Below, piece by piece: positions 26,637-38,857 of a DNA stretch of 64,000 nt (within the stretch, counting starts at the first letter, position 1; each line of letters opens with the position of its first letter). The DNA comes from Paraspadella gotoi (taxonomy: Eukaryota; Animalia; Chaetognatha): assembly GCA_051294375.1 (NCBI GenBank), contig CM119267.1:25435293-25499292 (forward strand), written 5' to 3'. The position numbers were made by a program, and so were the translations under genes. The notes beneath the pieces are model-generated. The model was not told where the DNA came from. It made no database searches and saw nothing but the letters and a program-made list of their open reading frames with translations.

Positions 26637-27548
26637 TTCTTTATTGACATTTTTTTTTAAAACTTTTATTTTTTTTTATCCTTGGATTCAATTTGCGTAG
26701 AACTTGTATCGAAGATGATCGATTATATCCTTTTCCAATGAATGGTTCGGGGGGGGATGATGTTTAAAATAGAGCACCCGGGGTCATAGACTACATGTTT
26801 TGCATTGCGGTATAATCGTTAGTGTCGGAGGTACTGCTACTTTGAAGAGGAATAAATGATAGTTGCGAATGTTTTTTTTTCCTGGGCCATTAATGATTTT
26901 CGCAACGTTTTAAGTTAGCTTTTAGTTTAAGATGTAGAAACGGGTTGAGCCCACTTGCATTTCTGTTGACATTCGACTGAAACCGCCGCGCCTTATTGTC
27001 AAGTTCCTTTCTCAAGTGGATGTGCTTCGTGCGGCTCCATAAATTTCTTTTCGCATTTTATCTAGTCGTTAATGTTTGTTAGCTGATTACAAAAAAAATT
27101 CAATATTATTACTAATTAAATTTTGAAACTCGAATGGTGGAATCGGGCTTAATTTTCTGCGTAGATGTCATTTAGGTTTAGCGTTTACTAAATATATATT
27201 ATGGTATTATTTCGTATAAATTTAAATTTTTTAAAATATATTTTGGTTAATTAATAAATTTATCTATCATTATTTTTGATAGCTCAGATCGAGTATCTAT
27301 TATTGTATTAATTCCTTCTCTATCCTTTACCTTCGTTTTTATTGTATCCAAGTTTTAGGGCATATAAATATTTACGTAGTATTCGTGAATTTGTGCATTC
27401 TTAGGTAATTTTTATCATATATATTATATAATTACTTGGTCTCCTGTACTTAGACTATTTCTTTGTTTATGCTCTGCTAACATTGTTTTATTTATTTTGT
27501 ATCTGTTCTATATTACCCCGAAGGCCTAGAAAAAAAAGCTAATAGTAG

Positions 27549-28367
27549 CTGGGTTGGCAAAAACCTGTTTTTTTTTTTAAAGGTTGGTTTTATTGGTTTT
27601 TATTGGGTTTTTTAAATTATAGATAGCAGACAGTCATATTAATTCTTTTTACGATACAAATTTAAAATATACTTCTTAAGTAATTAATTAAAAATATAAT
27701 AAAAAATATACTGATTATATTTAATAATAGTATTAATTAATTGATATTTTTTATGGTAAACAGAAATGTAATAAATATAAATATTATATTTTCTGAATAA
27801 AACCTGTTATGAATAAAAGTTTATAAACTTAATTTTATAAGAAAATAGTAATTAAATACTCAAAATAATTTGATATTAATATGCATCATAAACATTTATA
27901 TAAATTACTAATACATTAAAAATTGAAGTTCATCTTTAGTACATGTTTTAATTAAGCTAAGATTTTTTCCTGACGTCAATATATTATTTTCCTGCATTCT
28001 CGTTACTTTACTCCTGGTTAGGATACCTTTTCAGAGAATTCTTTAACTTGTGGCAAATATTCAAATATATAATTATATTAAAGTTTAATTTTTTCTGATA
28101 AATAGCTTTAAAAGGACCCTAACCTTGTGTTAAATAATTTCGAGAGAATAGCAATCATTTTTAAAGTGTGTCGCTCTTAACTTGATTTGCGATTTATGAT
28201 TAGTATTACTTAATATAACGAAAATGGTACAGAAGCTATCAATGAAAGTGATACTGATAGTAAACATGTAAAACATAGGTTTAGGGTTATTTTTAGTGGG
28301 TCTTTTTGGTTTTTTTTAGCTGGATTTTTTAAAGTTTTTTTGAGTGGGTTTTTTAATGCCAACCCTG
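27549..28367. mobile_element. Non-autonomous hAT-type MITE
   Basis: TIRs CTGGGTTGGCA / TGCCAACCCTG with a perfect 8-bp TSD AATAGTAG (27541-27548 and 28368-28375). Confidence 0.85.
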
Positions 28368-28971
28368 AATAGTAGTATTCGCTTTAGTAAAGCCAAGGCA
28401 GTTTTCTTTGGCTAAATGTATCAGGTAAATTTCTCCTGGACCAATGACTACCTTGTGATGAATTTTTTGATGTTTAAACCTGCGAGATTGTATTAATGTT
28501 TATTTGTGAGAGGGTTTTAAGTAATTAATCCCATACAAGGTAATAATTTAAAGTTCAATTTGCTAGTGAAGAAATTTGCTCTGAAATATACTGTTGACCT
28601 AATTATGATGTACTTAGTGCTTTAAAATTTAAAATGGGGTGGGGAAGTTTCTAATACAGGTGAATAAATGAAAAAGTGGAAAAAGAGAAGAAATGGCGAA
28701 CAACCATTTTCATTGGAAAGAACAAAGGGCACCATTGTGAATTTCCCTTTCAATCTCAATTGAACACGAAAAAACATTTTTACAATATTCAAGACATTGA
28801 TAGTTCCCATCATCAAATTTAGTAACTAGAAAAACAAAGTTACATATTCTGTTCAAATTGTCTATTTGTTAAGATTTTTTATTTAATTCTTATATTATTA
28901 ATGAAATTTTTACTTATAAATTCAGAGGAACATAAAAAAATCGAGACCCTAATTCATCTAATCCTTTCACA

Positions 28972-29865
28972 ATGGGAGGAGACGGAGGATCGATCCCCGG
29001 ACGCCAAGACCTCGTTCGTCTTAAGAAGAAGAAAGAGGTGGCGGAGAAAAACGCGGAGCTGGCGGCGGCGTGGCGCCACTGCGCTCTCTCCCAAAACCCT
29101 CTCTCTCCGCCGATCGTCGCCTGCGAGAAAGGAAGACTTTACAACAAAGAATCCCTTTTGGAACATCTCCTCGAAAAACCTCCGGACTCTTCGATCCCTC
29201 ACGTCCGGGGATTGAAAGACGTGAAGGAACTTCGATTGACGCCCAACCCCGCCTTCAAGGACCCCAGTAAAGAGGCCAACGGCGTCGTCGGCGGCGAATA
29301 CGTCGATCCCAACGTCGCCATGTTCGGCTGTCCCGTCATCGGTCTCGAGATGAACGGACGGTGGCGCTTCGTGTTCCACTGGAGCTGCGGTTGCGTCGTC
29401 TCAGAAAAGGCGCAGCTCGAACTCGCGGGCGACAAGTGTCACAAATGCGGAGGCGACGTCGACGCGGAAGACGTCGTCGTCATTAACGGAACGCAGGAAG
29501 ACGGCGTTGTCATGGAAACGAGAATGGCGGCGCGGCGGGAGAGGGCAAAGGCGGAGAAAAAAATGAAGAAGCGACGGTTAGCGGCGGATGGAAGCGGGGC
29601 TGTCGGCGAAACAAAAGGTGGCGTGGGCGAAGCGCCGCTGAAAGTTAAAAAAGGAATTAAAGAGGGCGACTCTGTCGACGACGAGAAAAGAAAGAAACTC
29701 GGGAAAACCAGAGACAAATCTCTCGTCGAGAAGAAGAAAAAGAAAACTGTACAGGACGATCCAACGAAGAGCGAAGTGTACAAGTCTCTCTTCACCAGTC
29801 ACAAGGATGCCAAAACCCAGGACACGGCGCACTGGGTCACCATGAATCCCGGCTATTTTCGATGA
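28972..29865 (+). CDS. RTF2: Replication termination factor 2 (RTFDC1), intronless
   Basis: MGGDGGSIP.R.DLV, WRHCALSQ, GRLYNKE, CPVIGLEMNG, CGCVVSE, KSEVYKSLFTSH. Confidence 0.95.
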   Translation: MGGDGGSIPGRQDLVRLKKKKEVAEKNAELAAAWRHCALSQNPLSPPIVACEKGRLYNKESLLEHLLEKPPDSSIPHVRGLKDVKELRLTPNPAFKDPSKEANGVVGGEYVDPNVAMFGCPVIGLEMNGRWRFVFHWSCGCVVSEKAQLELAGDKCHKCGGDVDAEDVVVINGTQEDGVVMETRMAARRERAKAEKKMKKRRLAADGSGAVGETKGGVGEAPLKVKKGIKEGDSVDDEKRKKLGKTRDKSLVEKKKKKTVQDDPTKSEVYKSLFTSHKDAKTQDTAHWVTMNPGYFR

Positions 29866-30022
29866 AAACATTGTTTCTATTATTTTTTCGCATTGTTATA
29901 TTATATTATATTATATTTATATAAATATAAATCCTTCCTTATATTTATCTATCAATTTTATTTTTCACCTCGTTCAACCTTATTGCACAACAGAAAAAGA
30001 ATGCTCGCATGCTTCTATCGTG

Positions 30023-31261
30023 ATGGTGATCGCAATAGGTTTCGAGGGATCAGCGAATAAATTGGGAGTCGGCATCGTCAAAGATGGAGAGGTGAGGCTC
30101 GATCAGAAATCATGAAAATGATTTGTAAGACAAAAGATGTTCCCCTGGTTCCGTTGGTCTTTTAGTATTTTAGGATCAAAATTAAATTTAACGGGGAAAA
30201 AATGGGTTTTTGGCGTTTTTATCATTTAGTTATTAAAATTGTTGTAAAGGTTTTATCGAATCCTCGCCACACATACATCACTCCGCCGGGCGAAGGGTTT
30301 CTCCCTCGCGATACCGCGCATCACCACCGCGAGTGGGTTTTGGAAATTCTGTCTCAGGCGCTGAAGGAAGCCAATTTGACTCCTAACGACATCGACGTCG
30401 TCTGCTACACCAAAGGTTTAATTCAACTGGTAGGGGAGGGGAATTACACGCCACCGGTTCATGTCGCCTCACCGTCAATTCTTGACAGGTCCTGGAATGG
30501 GCGCGCCGCTTGTTACCACGGCCATCGTTGCTCGGGTCGTTTCTCTTCTCTGGCAGAAGCCGATCATTGGCGTCAATCATTGCGTGGGTCACATCGAGAT
30601 GGGGCGCCTCATCACTCGCGCCGATAATCCCACGGTTCTCTACGTGAGCGGAGGAAACACTCAGGTCATCGCCTACCTAGAGAAACGCTACAGGATTTTC
30701 GGTGAGACGATCGACATCGCCGTCGGCAATTGCCTCGATCGCTTCGCCCGCGTCCTCCGACTTTCTAACGACCCTTCGCCCGGCCATAACATCGAACGAC
30801 TCGCCAAGGAGGGAAAGAAGTTCGTCCCGCTTCCTTACGTCGTCAAGGGAATGGACGTCTCTTTCTCCGGCCTTTTGTCTTTCATCGAGGACCGCGCTCC
30901 CGGTCTCATCGCACGCGGCGAGTGCACGGCCGAAGATCTCTGCTTTTCTCTTCAGGAGACGGTCTTTGCTATGCTGGTGGAAATCACGGAGCGAGCGATG
31001 GCGCATTGCGGCTCCGAGGAAGTTCTCATCTGCGGCGGCGTCGGCTGCAACCTCCGGCTGCAGGAGATGATGGAGACCATGTGCGAGGAGCGCGGAGCCA
31101 AAGTCTTTGCGACAGATATGCGATTCTGCATCGATAACGGCGCTATGATAGCCCAAGCGGGCTGGGAGATGTTCAAGAGCGGCCAAAACACGCCGTTCGA
31201 GGAAACGTTTTGCACGCAAAGGTTTAGAACTGACGAAGTCGAAGTTACTTGGAGAACCTGA
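30023..31261 (+). CDS. OSGEP: tRNA t6A threonylcarbamoyltransferase (Kae1/TsaD family), 3 exons
   Basis: [59 protein letters not shown]. Confidence 0.97.
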
Positions 31262-31406
31262 CTGTGATAGGAGAAGAAAAAAACTGTTGAAGTTTTCTTG
31301 TTCAATTTGTTCATCGTCTTGACTAAATATATATATGCAATATAATCCGTTTTTTGTTTCATTGTCTTGACCAGTTTTCTCTTTTTTAGTTCTTAATCTC
31401 TTTTTA

Positions 31407-34400
31407 ATGTCGACGATGATGGATGTAGACGAGGAAATGTTACCTCCAGGGGTGGAGGATTCACCTCCCCCGAACGATCCGTTCCAGGCCGAGCAAGAGG
31501 GCAAGGGGCCAGCGGTTGTTCCGCTGTCGGAAACTGTGGTCGAACTTTTAAACCAGACTTCACTGATGCAATCCTCCCACCGTCAGAGCACCACGCAACG
31601 ACTGGCAAACCTAAAAAAAGTGCAGGACATCATCTTGGAAAAGGATCCCACTCTCTTGGATTCGTTCTCCGAGGAAATGGCCGCCTTTCAGCACGACAAC
31701 TCCCCGGAAATCCGTCGCTTTGTCGTCTCCTTCCTTCAAGCGGCCGCTTTAAAGGACGCCGATTTCATTCAGCGCACAATGTCCAACCTCGGAGTCATGA
31801 TGCAGGACGACAACGTCATCGTCGTCAGTCGCTGTGTCCTCGCGTTGCTGAAACTCTTCGCGCACACGCTCAACATCCTCGTCCACGTAAAGGGAGGTCT
31901 CTTTAACGAGTCTCACGAGCAAATGTGGGCCTGGAATCTTAAGCTGCGGGCGGAGGTTCTGCCGATGCTGGAGTCAGAACACGACGGAATCCGCTCTCAT
32001 ACCATCAAGTACTACGAGTACATGATTCTCTGTCTGAGCGATAGACCCAAAGACTCGGAATACGCGGGCTGCGATGGCGGGGATCCTCTACGCTTCAGTT
32101 CGGACATGATACCTGATAACCACCGCTTCCTCAAGAGGGGAAATCTCGAAGAGCAAGGGAGAGAGGCGATGGACACTTTGATGGAGTTCATGGCCCGACC
32201 GGACATCTCCGCCGCCAATCTCATGACTTGCCTCGCTTCCTTCACCCATATCGCCAAGGAACGTCCCACATTTATGAGCCGCATCGTCCAGGGATTCGAG
32301 GCCCTCAACGTGAACCTGCCGCCAAAGTTCACTAACTCCCAAGTAATGTCGGTGAGAAAGTGTCTTAAATTTCATCTGTTGCAACTACTCAAGTCCCTCA
32401 ACGCGGTGCCATATCAACCCAACATTACAACTCTGCTGACCGATCTGGGAGCCACCAACAAAGAGGTGCAATCCAGTCTACCCAAAATGGACGCGATTAA
32501 AAAGAAAAAAGAAAAAGCTAAACTTGACGATGACGACGACGATAAGCCGATGCTCAAGAAGCTAAAGCATGATGCCGACGGCTCCGTTACGCCTGGTGCC
32601 ACGGTCTTGCGAGCAGCCGACGACGATGAAGAGGATCTCGGCCTCACTCCTTATGCCACGCCGTTCGTCTCGAGCAAAAGCGAAAAGGCGGCGCAATCGG
32701 CCATCGACGTCACGGCCGAAGATCTCGTTCCCAAACTGACCACTCAGAATGTTGCTGATCTGGTCCTCATCTCCATGGTGATGCTGCCTGACGAAATGCC
32801 GTCGCAATTTCAAAGCTCGTACACGCCCATCGCCGCCGCAGGGACGCATGCGCAGATCAAGCATTTGGCGCGTCTTCTTTCGGCGCAGCTCACGGCCGCT
32901 GGCGTCGGCAAGGGCGTCGAAGAAATGAGCAACTTCATTCAGGACAAGCCGGGAGTGGATCCTGAACGAGTCAAGTCCATCTCCACTATCATCGGTGCCG
33001 GAGCCAAAGAGCTCAAGGCCAAAGAGCCAGAGTTTCTTCCTCCCCCTCCTCCGCCTACGACGATGGGGAAAGGACGGAAGACCATCAAGGCGTTTAGGTT
33101 AGCCGATGTTACCGTGGCTCTCGATCGTTCCAAGCTCGAGGCTGTCTCGGCCGACGCCTACCGCAGAATCCTGGCCTCGGAGCGATGGGCGCGGATCGGC
33201 GGCGCCTCCAAGATACGCTCCAAGATTCTCTCCATGCTCGCCGTCGAGTTTGGAGGGGATTTCAACGCTGCAATGCTCCACTACATCTTTGAGGATTTGA
33301 AAAATCGGCAAGACCTGGTCGCGCCTTGGCTTTATCAGTCTTATGCCGTGAGCAAAGGCTTCGTAACGGTGGAGAAGCAATCCGAGTCGATTTACGAAGA
33401 CGTTTTGACGACGATTTTGACGTCGTTGATACAAAGGAACGAGGGACACTTGTTTGCCAAAGTCATGACGGAGGCGCCCGTAATTACGAGAGGCGCCATC
33501 GAACTTTTAAAGACCTACTGCGTCAACATCGACTCGGTACAGTCCAGCCTTTTGTGCTTGAAGGAGGTGGTGCTTGCCCGTCCGACCTGTCGCAAGGATC
33601 TCTTCGATCTGCTTCTCGATTTGGCGTGGTACCACGTCCCCGAGATTCGCAACGAAGCTCTCGGCCTCATCACCTTTTTCCACACGAAGGCGCGGGATGT
33701 TTTCGAGGTCAAGATCGAAAATTACGCCCTGGATTATTTAAACTATTTGAACTTACCTTCTCCTCCACCGGCCTTCTTCCAATCCTCCACCGGTTTGGAA
33801 CCGTCCAATTCGTCCAAGGACTGGACCGAAAACAACATCAAGCGCTGCCTTTATCTCTATCTGGAGATTCTTCCTATGAATCATTCTTTGCTGCACGACT
33901 TGGCCACCGTGTACACCAACGCTTCGGCGGACATTAAGAGGACAATTCTCCGCATGTTGGTCGCTCCGATCAACCGCATCGGCATGGGGTCGCCGGAGCT
34001 GCTGAAGCTCGTGGAAAATTGTCCCAAGGGCGCGGAGACTTTGATAACCAGGATTATGCACATCCTGACGGACAAATCGACGCCGACGCGAGATCTCGTC
34101 GAGCGCGTGCGCGACATCTACCACAAACGTGTCTCGGACGTTCGATTCCTTATTCCCGTTTTGATCGGACTGTCCAAGAAAGAAGTGATCGCCGCCCTTC
34201 CCAAGCTGATCCGACTCAATCCGGTCGTCGTCAAGGAAGTTTTCAATCGTCTTCTCTCCGCGCCTGCAGAGGCCGACGGCTCAGTCACGTCGCCCGTCAC
34301 GCCTGCCGACCTTCTCGTTGCTCTTCACGATATCGACCTCGAGAAGAATGACATGAAGACGGTGATCAAAGCGACGAGCCTCTGTTTTGCTCAGCCGCAG

Positions 34401-34880
34401 ATCTACACTCAAGAGGTCCTCGCCCTTGTCCTGCATCAACTGATGGAGAGGGATCCTGTTCCCACTCTGCTCATGCGCACCGTCATCCAATCCTTTTCCA
34501 TGTATCCCCGGCTGCTGGGTTTCGTGCTCAACATCCTCTCTCGCCTCATTCAAAAGAAAATCTGGAACAACAAGAGGGTTTGGGAGGGATTTATCCGCTG
34601 CTGTCAGAGGACCGAGCCGCAGTCTTACTCCATCTTGCTTCAGCTGCAGCCGCCACAGATGCGCGATGTGTTCGAGACGGCGCCGCATCTTCGCGTCTCT
34701 CTCCTCAATCTCGTCCTCAGCTATAATGAGAACGAGCGGCAGCACATCTCCTCGGAACTCATGGATGTCTTGACTCGCGAACCGGAGAAGGCCCCCGTCA
34801 ATTCCGACAATCTCGACGTCGTCGTCAAGACGGAGGCGCCCTTCGGCAACGGAGCTGGCGAATCTCCTCACAGACTCTAG
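31407..34880 (+). CDS. SYMPK: Symplekin, single-exon 1157-aa ORF
   Basis: DPTLLDSF.EE, VNLPP..SQV.SVRK, NVADLVLISM..LP, YTPIAAAGT.AQIKHLARL, VSDVRFLIPV, LLMRTVIQS, VWEGFIRC. Confidence 0.95.
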   Translation: MSTMMDVDEEMLPPGVEDSPPPNDPFQAEQEGKGPAVVPLSETVVELLNQTSLMQSSHRQSTTQRLANLKKVQDIILEKDPTLLDSFSEEMAAFQHDNSPEIRRFVVSFLQAAALKDADFIQRTMSNLGVMMQDDNVIVVSRCVLALLKLFAHTLNILVHVKGGLFNESHEQMWAWNLKLRAEVLPMLESEHDGIRSHTIKYYEYMILCLSDRPKDSEYAGCDGGDPLRFSSDMIPDNHRFLKRGNLEEQGREAMDTLMEFMARPDISAANLMTCLASFTHIAKERPTFMSRIVQGFEALNVNLPPKFTNSQVMSVRKCLKFHLLQLLKSLNAVPYQPNITTLLTDLGATNKEVQSSLPKMDAIKKKKEKAKLDDDDDDKPMLKKLKHDADGSVTPGATVLRAADDDEEDLGLTPYATPFVSSKSEKAAQSAIDVTAEDLVPKLTTQNVADLVLISMVMLPDEMPSQFQSSYTPIAAAGTHAQIKHLARLLSAQLTAAGVGKGVEEMSNFIQDKPGVDPERVKSISTIIGAGAKELKAKEPEFLPPPPPPTTMGKGRKTIKAFRLADVTVALDRSKLEAVSADAYRRILASERWARIGGASKIRSKILSMLAVEFGGDFNAAMLHYIFEDLKNRQDLVAPWLYQSYAVSKGFVTVEKQSESIYEDVLTTILTSLIQRNEGHLFAKVMTEAPVITRGAIELLKTYCVNIDSVQSSLLCLKEVVLARPTCRKDLFDLLLDLAWYHVPEIRNEALGLITFFHTKARDVFEVKIENYALDYLNYLNLPSPPPAFFQSSTGLEPSNSSKDWTENNIKRCLYLYLEILPMNHSLLHDLATVYTNASADIKRTILRMLVAPINRIGMGSPELLKLVENCPKGAETLITRIMHILTDKSTPTRDLVERVRDIYHKRVSDVRFLIPVLIGLSKKEVIAALPKLIRLNPVVVKEVFNRLLSAPAEADGSVTSPVTPADLLVALHDIDLEKNDMKTVIKATSLCFAQPQIYTQEVLALVLHQLMERDPVPTLLMRTVIQSFSMYPRLLGFVLNILSRLIQKKIWNNKRVWEGFIRCCQRTEPQSYSILLQLQPPQMRDVFETAPHLRVSLLNLVLSYNENERQHISSELMDVLTREPEKAPVNSDNLDVVVKTEAPFGNGAGESPHRL

Positions 34881-35153
34881 CGCCAGAAGGAATGAAGAAG
34901 ACTTTCTTTTTGGGTTCATTTCTTTAAAAAAAAGTGTTTTCCTTTCATGTTGACATAAATGTCAACAAATCACGATCCGTTTGGATTCAAAATATTCCTT
35001 TCCCTTCTCCCTTGATTTTGTGTTTAGATTTCTATAGTTCCCCTTAACTCGCTCTCTCACTCTCGTTCTTTGATACATGTTCAATATTCTTCTCCAATTC
35101 ATTTAGAGCTAAAATACTACAACAACAACAACAACAACAACCACCACCGAAAG

Positions 35154-35911
35154 ATGGAAGGGGATTTTTATCTCCGTTACTACGTGGGACACAAAGGAAA
35201 GTTTGGCCACGAGTTTCTCGAGTTCGAGTTTCGTCCAGATGGAAAACTACGCTACGCTAACAACTCCAACTACAAAAACGACACGATGATCCGGAAGGAG
35301 GCCTGCGTCCACAAGGCCGTCATGCAAGAGCTCAAGAGGATCATCGGTATTTGTGGAATTGGAGGAGATGTTTATGGGAGATTAGCTTATACAGAATTGC
35401 AGCGAGAAATGTTGGTGTGTGTATTGTGTAATGTAATGTAATGTAATCAACTAATCATCCATGATTTTTTTTTTTTTCAAGACGATTCCGAAATAACAAA
35501 GGAAGACGACTCCCTCTGGCCGCCGCCGGATCGTGTTGGACGTCAAGTGAGTTAATAGATTAGTAATATAATATAACCTTGTGTTGTATAGATGCTCAAA
35601 AACCAAAATTAATTAAAAAATAAATAAATTTTAAAAAATTATGAATATTTTAAAATCTAAAACTTAAAATAGTGAAACTAGTAATTTTGCATTTTTAATA
35701 CATATGAAAATATACTATATTAAAATAGGAATTAGAGATCGTGTGTGGCGAAGAGCACATTTCCTTTACGACATCAAAGATCGGATCCCTCGTCGACGTG
35801 AACAACTCCAAAGATCAAGAGGGTCTTCGCACTTTCTATTATTTGGTCCAAGATCTGAAGTGTCTCGTCTTTTCATTGATCGGACTTCACTTTAAGATTA
35901 AACCCATTTAA
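35154..35911 (+). CDS. MAGOH: Mago nashi (exon junction complex core), 3 exons
   Basis: [46 protein letters not shown]...[11 protein letters not shown]. Confidence 0.98.
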
Positions 35912-36215
35912 ACTCGCATATTTTGTTGCGCTTTTTGACTCTGTTAACTTCTGAGTCGTTGCTTCTTTTTTTTTTTTTTTTTTTTTTGTAAAACTTTCTT
36001 CGACTATGGGCAGAACTGTTGGAATAATCTTTCCAACAAAACCATCAACAGTTCATTTCATTCCTATCCTTGACATTACCGGGTTAGTGGCCCGAATTAC
36101 TTCGCAATTTCAACAATTTTCGATGATTCTTTCAGAAAAATTTGTCTGTTATTTTTGAAAATTTGTTTTCCTCTAGAAGATTTAACGCCTAGCGCTTAAA
36201 TCGATTCATTTCGCT

Positions 36216-38744
36216 ATGGCGACATGTTTAACTTCAAGTCCTATGGGCGCCTTGGATATGGCCTTAGTTTCACCCACAAAACTTTTGCAAAAAGCGCTCC
36301 CTTCTAACATCCCGAATAGTTTGGAGGTAAACTTTTAAGTTCTGAAAAATAGAATTGATTCTCTACTTTTCATACATTATTCTTACGGATGTTTTTCGCC
36401 ACTAGGGTTTCAGACGTCGCACTGAGTCGTTCTCGACTTTCCGATGGGTGGCGCACTCGGTCTCCGTCTCGCCGCTCCAATGCGCCCGATTCGGATGGGA
36501 ATGTGTTGAGACGGACCTCCTACGATGCGTCTCTTGTCGATCCTTCCTCTACGCGAAAAACGATGATGTCCTGACTTGTATGTTTATTCGTCATTTGTTA
36601 AATTTTCTTCTTATACATGATTTGGTGATAATGGTTTCATGAAGTGCTTCTTAATATTTTTTTTACCTTTGATTTAAATTTCTCCAGCATCGGACACAGA
36701 TTCGCACCTGTCATCTTCTCTTCGCACCGCCCACAAACCTTACTGCATCTGGTCATGGACAAAATCTCCCCCTTCTTTCGACTCTGTCCTTCCCTCTTCT
36801 CGAAAGGACTGCGTCTCAAGAATCCTCCACGATCTCCGCCAACTCCTTCGACTTCCGCCAGAGGCGATTCCGTCTCTCGACGTCTCGCGTCTCGAGGGTC
36901 TCGACGCTGGCGTCGTCTCGTCTCGATTGGGACCTCGGATCGATCCTCCGGAGTTGTCCGTCGACGCTGTACGGACCTTGACGCTGTTAGCCCTTTGCGG
37001 GTGGTCACTTGCAACAGATTCACAGTCCGACGAAAGAATGTGGAAGCGACTCTGTATTAAAGTTCGTTGCTGCGTCTGTCGCCGGACGTTGGGGCTTTGG
37101 GACTACGAACCTCTGGCGGGGAAGCGGCGTCGAGAGGCGTCGTCTCGCTTGGCGCTCTGTGTCACCGCTTCGGATGTTGAGATTAACGTCGGGGCTGCGA
37201 TAGAATCGTTGGAACTCGAGAAATCTGCATTTAAAGCCCCAGCACCCGTCGAGTATGCAGCCGCCGCCGCCACAGCATCCGCAGCCGTCGTTACTTCCTC
37301 CGCCTCAGAAAATTTTATAATTTTGCGGCCCAAGACGACGCTGCCGCCTCGCGACCCGCTGCCCGTGGAGTCGGACGAAGAAAGCGTAGAGACGGATTCG
37401 AACGCGGAAACTTCTTCCGTCAAGTCTGACAAATCTATGGACAAGGCGGAAGTCTTCGGCCTCGAGTGGCCCGTCGAATCAAGCGACAAAACGTCAGACA
37501 AATCCTCTGAGAAATCCGCGTCGTCCCGATCCTCTCGACCAAGATCCTCTGCTTCGGCTGAAGCGGAGCCGAGGTCGCGGGCCAAGCGCCTCTCCAGCGG
37601 ATCGTCGGACAGAATCGGCGAAACGCGGCGGACGCGAAGCAGAAAACTCTCCGAGGGCCTGACGATGCGAAGCGGCAACGTTATCAAGTCGCCGCAGGAA
37701 TTCTTTAAAGAATTTGCCGTAGACAGGAAGAAGAGGGCGAGGTCGGGAGATTCGACGCTGAAGGGAGAATCCGAACCAAAGTGCGCGAAGATGGTGGAGA
37801 GGGGAGAGGGAGAAGGAGTAGGGGAGGAGGCGGATGAAGCGATGGCGGAGGAAGAAGGAGGAAAAGATGAATCTTACGTTGATGTGGTAAAGAATTTTGA
37901 TGAAACTGAAGTGGAATCGGAGGCTGAGACGGATAGATTACAGATTACAGATAATGAAGAAAGAAGAGAAATACCCGATTTTAATATTAATAAAGATAAA
38001 GAAAAGGAGGAAGTGCAAACAATTGAAGAACGCGGAAACGTGGGAATAAACGTTGAAGATTCTAAAATGACCATGACAGTTGAGAAAGGGGAGCCAACAG
38101 TGGAGATTACTGACTATGCAGAGCGAACTGAGGCCGAAATAGATGATTCGAAGATAGTGTGTCATGAGGCTGAAGAATCGAAAGAATGTCATGAGGGGTC
38201 GTTGGGAGCGAAAACGACAGGGAACGATACAGAGGGACAAAAAACTAAGCGAGAGAAATCTCGAGGTTTGGAAGCGGATTACGTCTCAGAGAAAATTGGT
38301 GATTGCTCCGATTTGGGGGAAACATCATCGCATAACGTCCTTGACGCCGCCGAGACGGCAGGCGCGATTTCCGTCGCGACAACGGTATCAAAAGAACCGG
38401 CGCTCATTAGCCCGATCATTAGCGCTAGGGATGTCCACAATATTGTCTCCGACAGGGATGAGGGCGACCAAGACTTTTCCGAGACTCTCAAGTGGTTGTT
38501 TAACTCGGAGAGGGAGGACGACGACGCGGTCGTCTTCGGCTCGGCCCTTTTGGATCCCGTATCCGAACATCGAATCTGGTGTCCTCATTCGATGCCGATT
38601 CACGGGGAAACGAAAGACGCGATGGCGTGGCGTTGCATCGTGGAACGTTTGATGGAACCGGAGACCTCGCCCCGCGAGAGTGGAAGTCATTTGACTCTCG
38701 TCAGCGAAAATTTATCCAAAGCTAAAAAACTTATGGAGTTTTGA
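36216..38744 (+). CDS. ZC3HC1: C3HC zinc-finger protein (NIPA/ZC3HC1-like), 3 exons
   Basis: FRRRTESF..W....SPLQCARFGWEC..D.LRCVSC...AHKPYCIW; LALCGW; C.VC.RTLGLW; LDPVSEHRIWCP (two zinc-binding modules, the second split by a long acidic insert). Confidence 0.85.
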
Positions 38745-38857
38745 AATTTATACCAAAAAAATGTTCTACAGTAGCGTTGATTTCTCTTTTTCTTCTCAGT
38801 GGTTGCACCCCATTTCAGAATTTAATTAATTTATTACCAAACTAATTACAATGCAAA

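Noticed and set aside
30677-34919. Long minus-strand ORFs (e.g. 30677-31504, 34281-34919; also 37103-37687 and 49521-50096)
   Set aside because: Antisense shadows of GC-rich + strand exons, with no recognisable domains.
34948-34967. Palindrome TGTTGACAT-AA-ATGTCAACA in the SYMPK-MAGOH spacer
   Set aside because: Not repeated in other spacers and too short to distinguish from chance.
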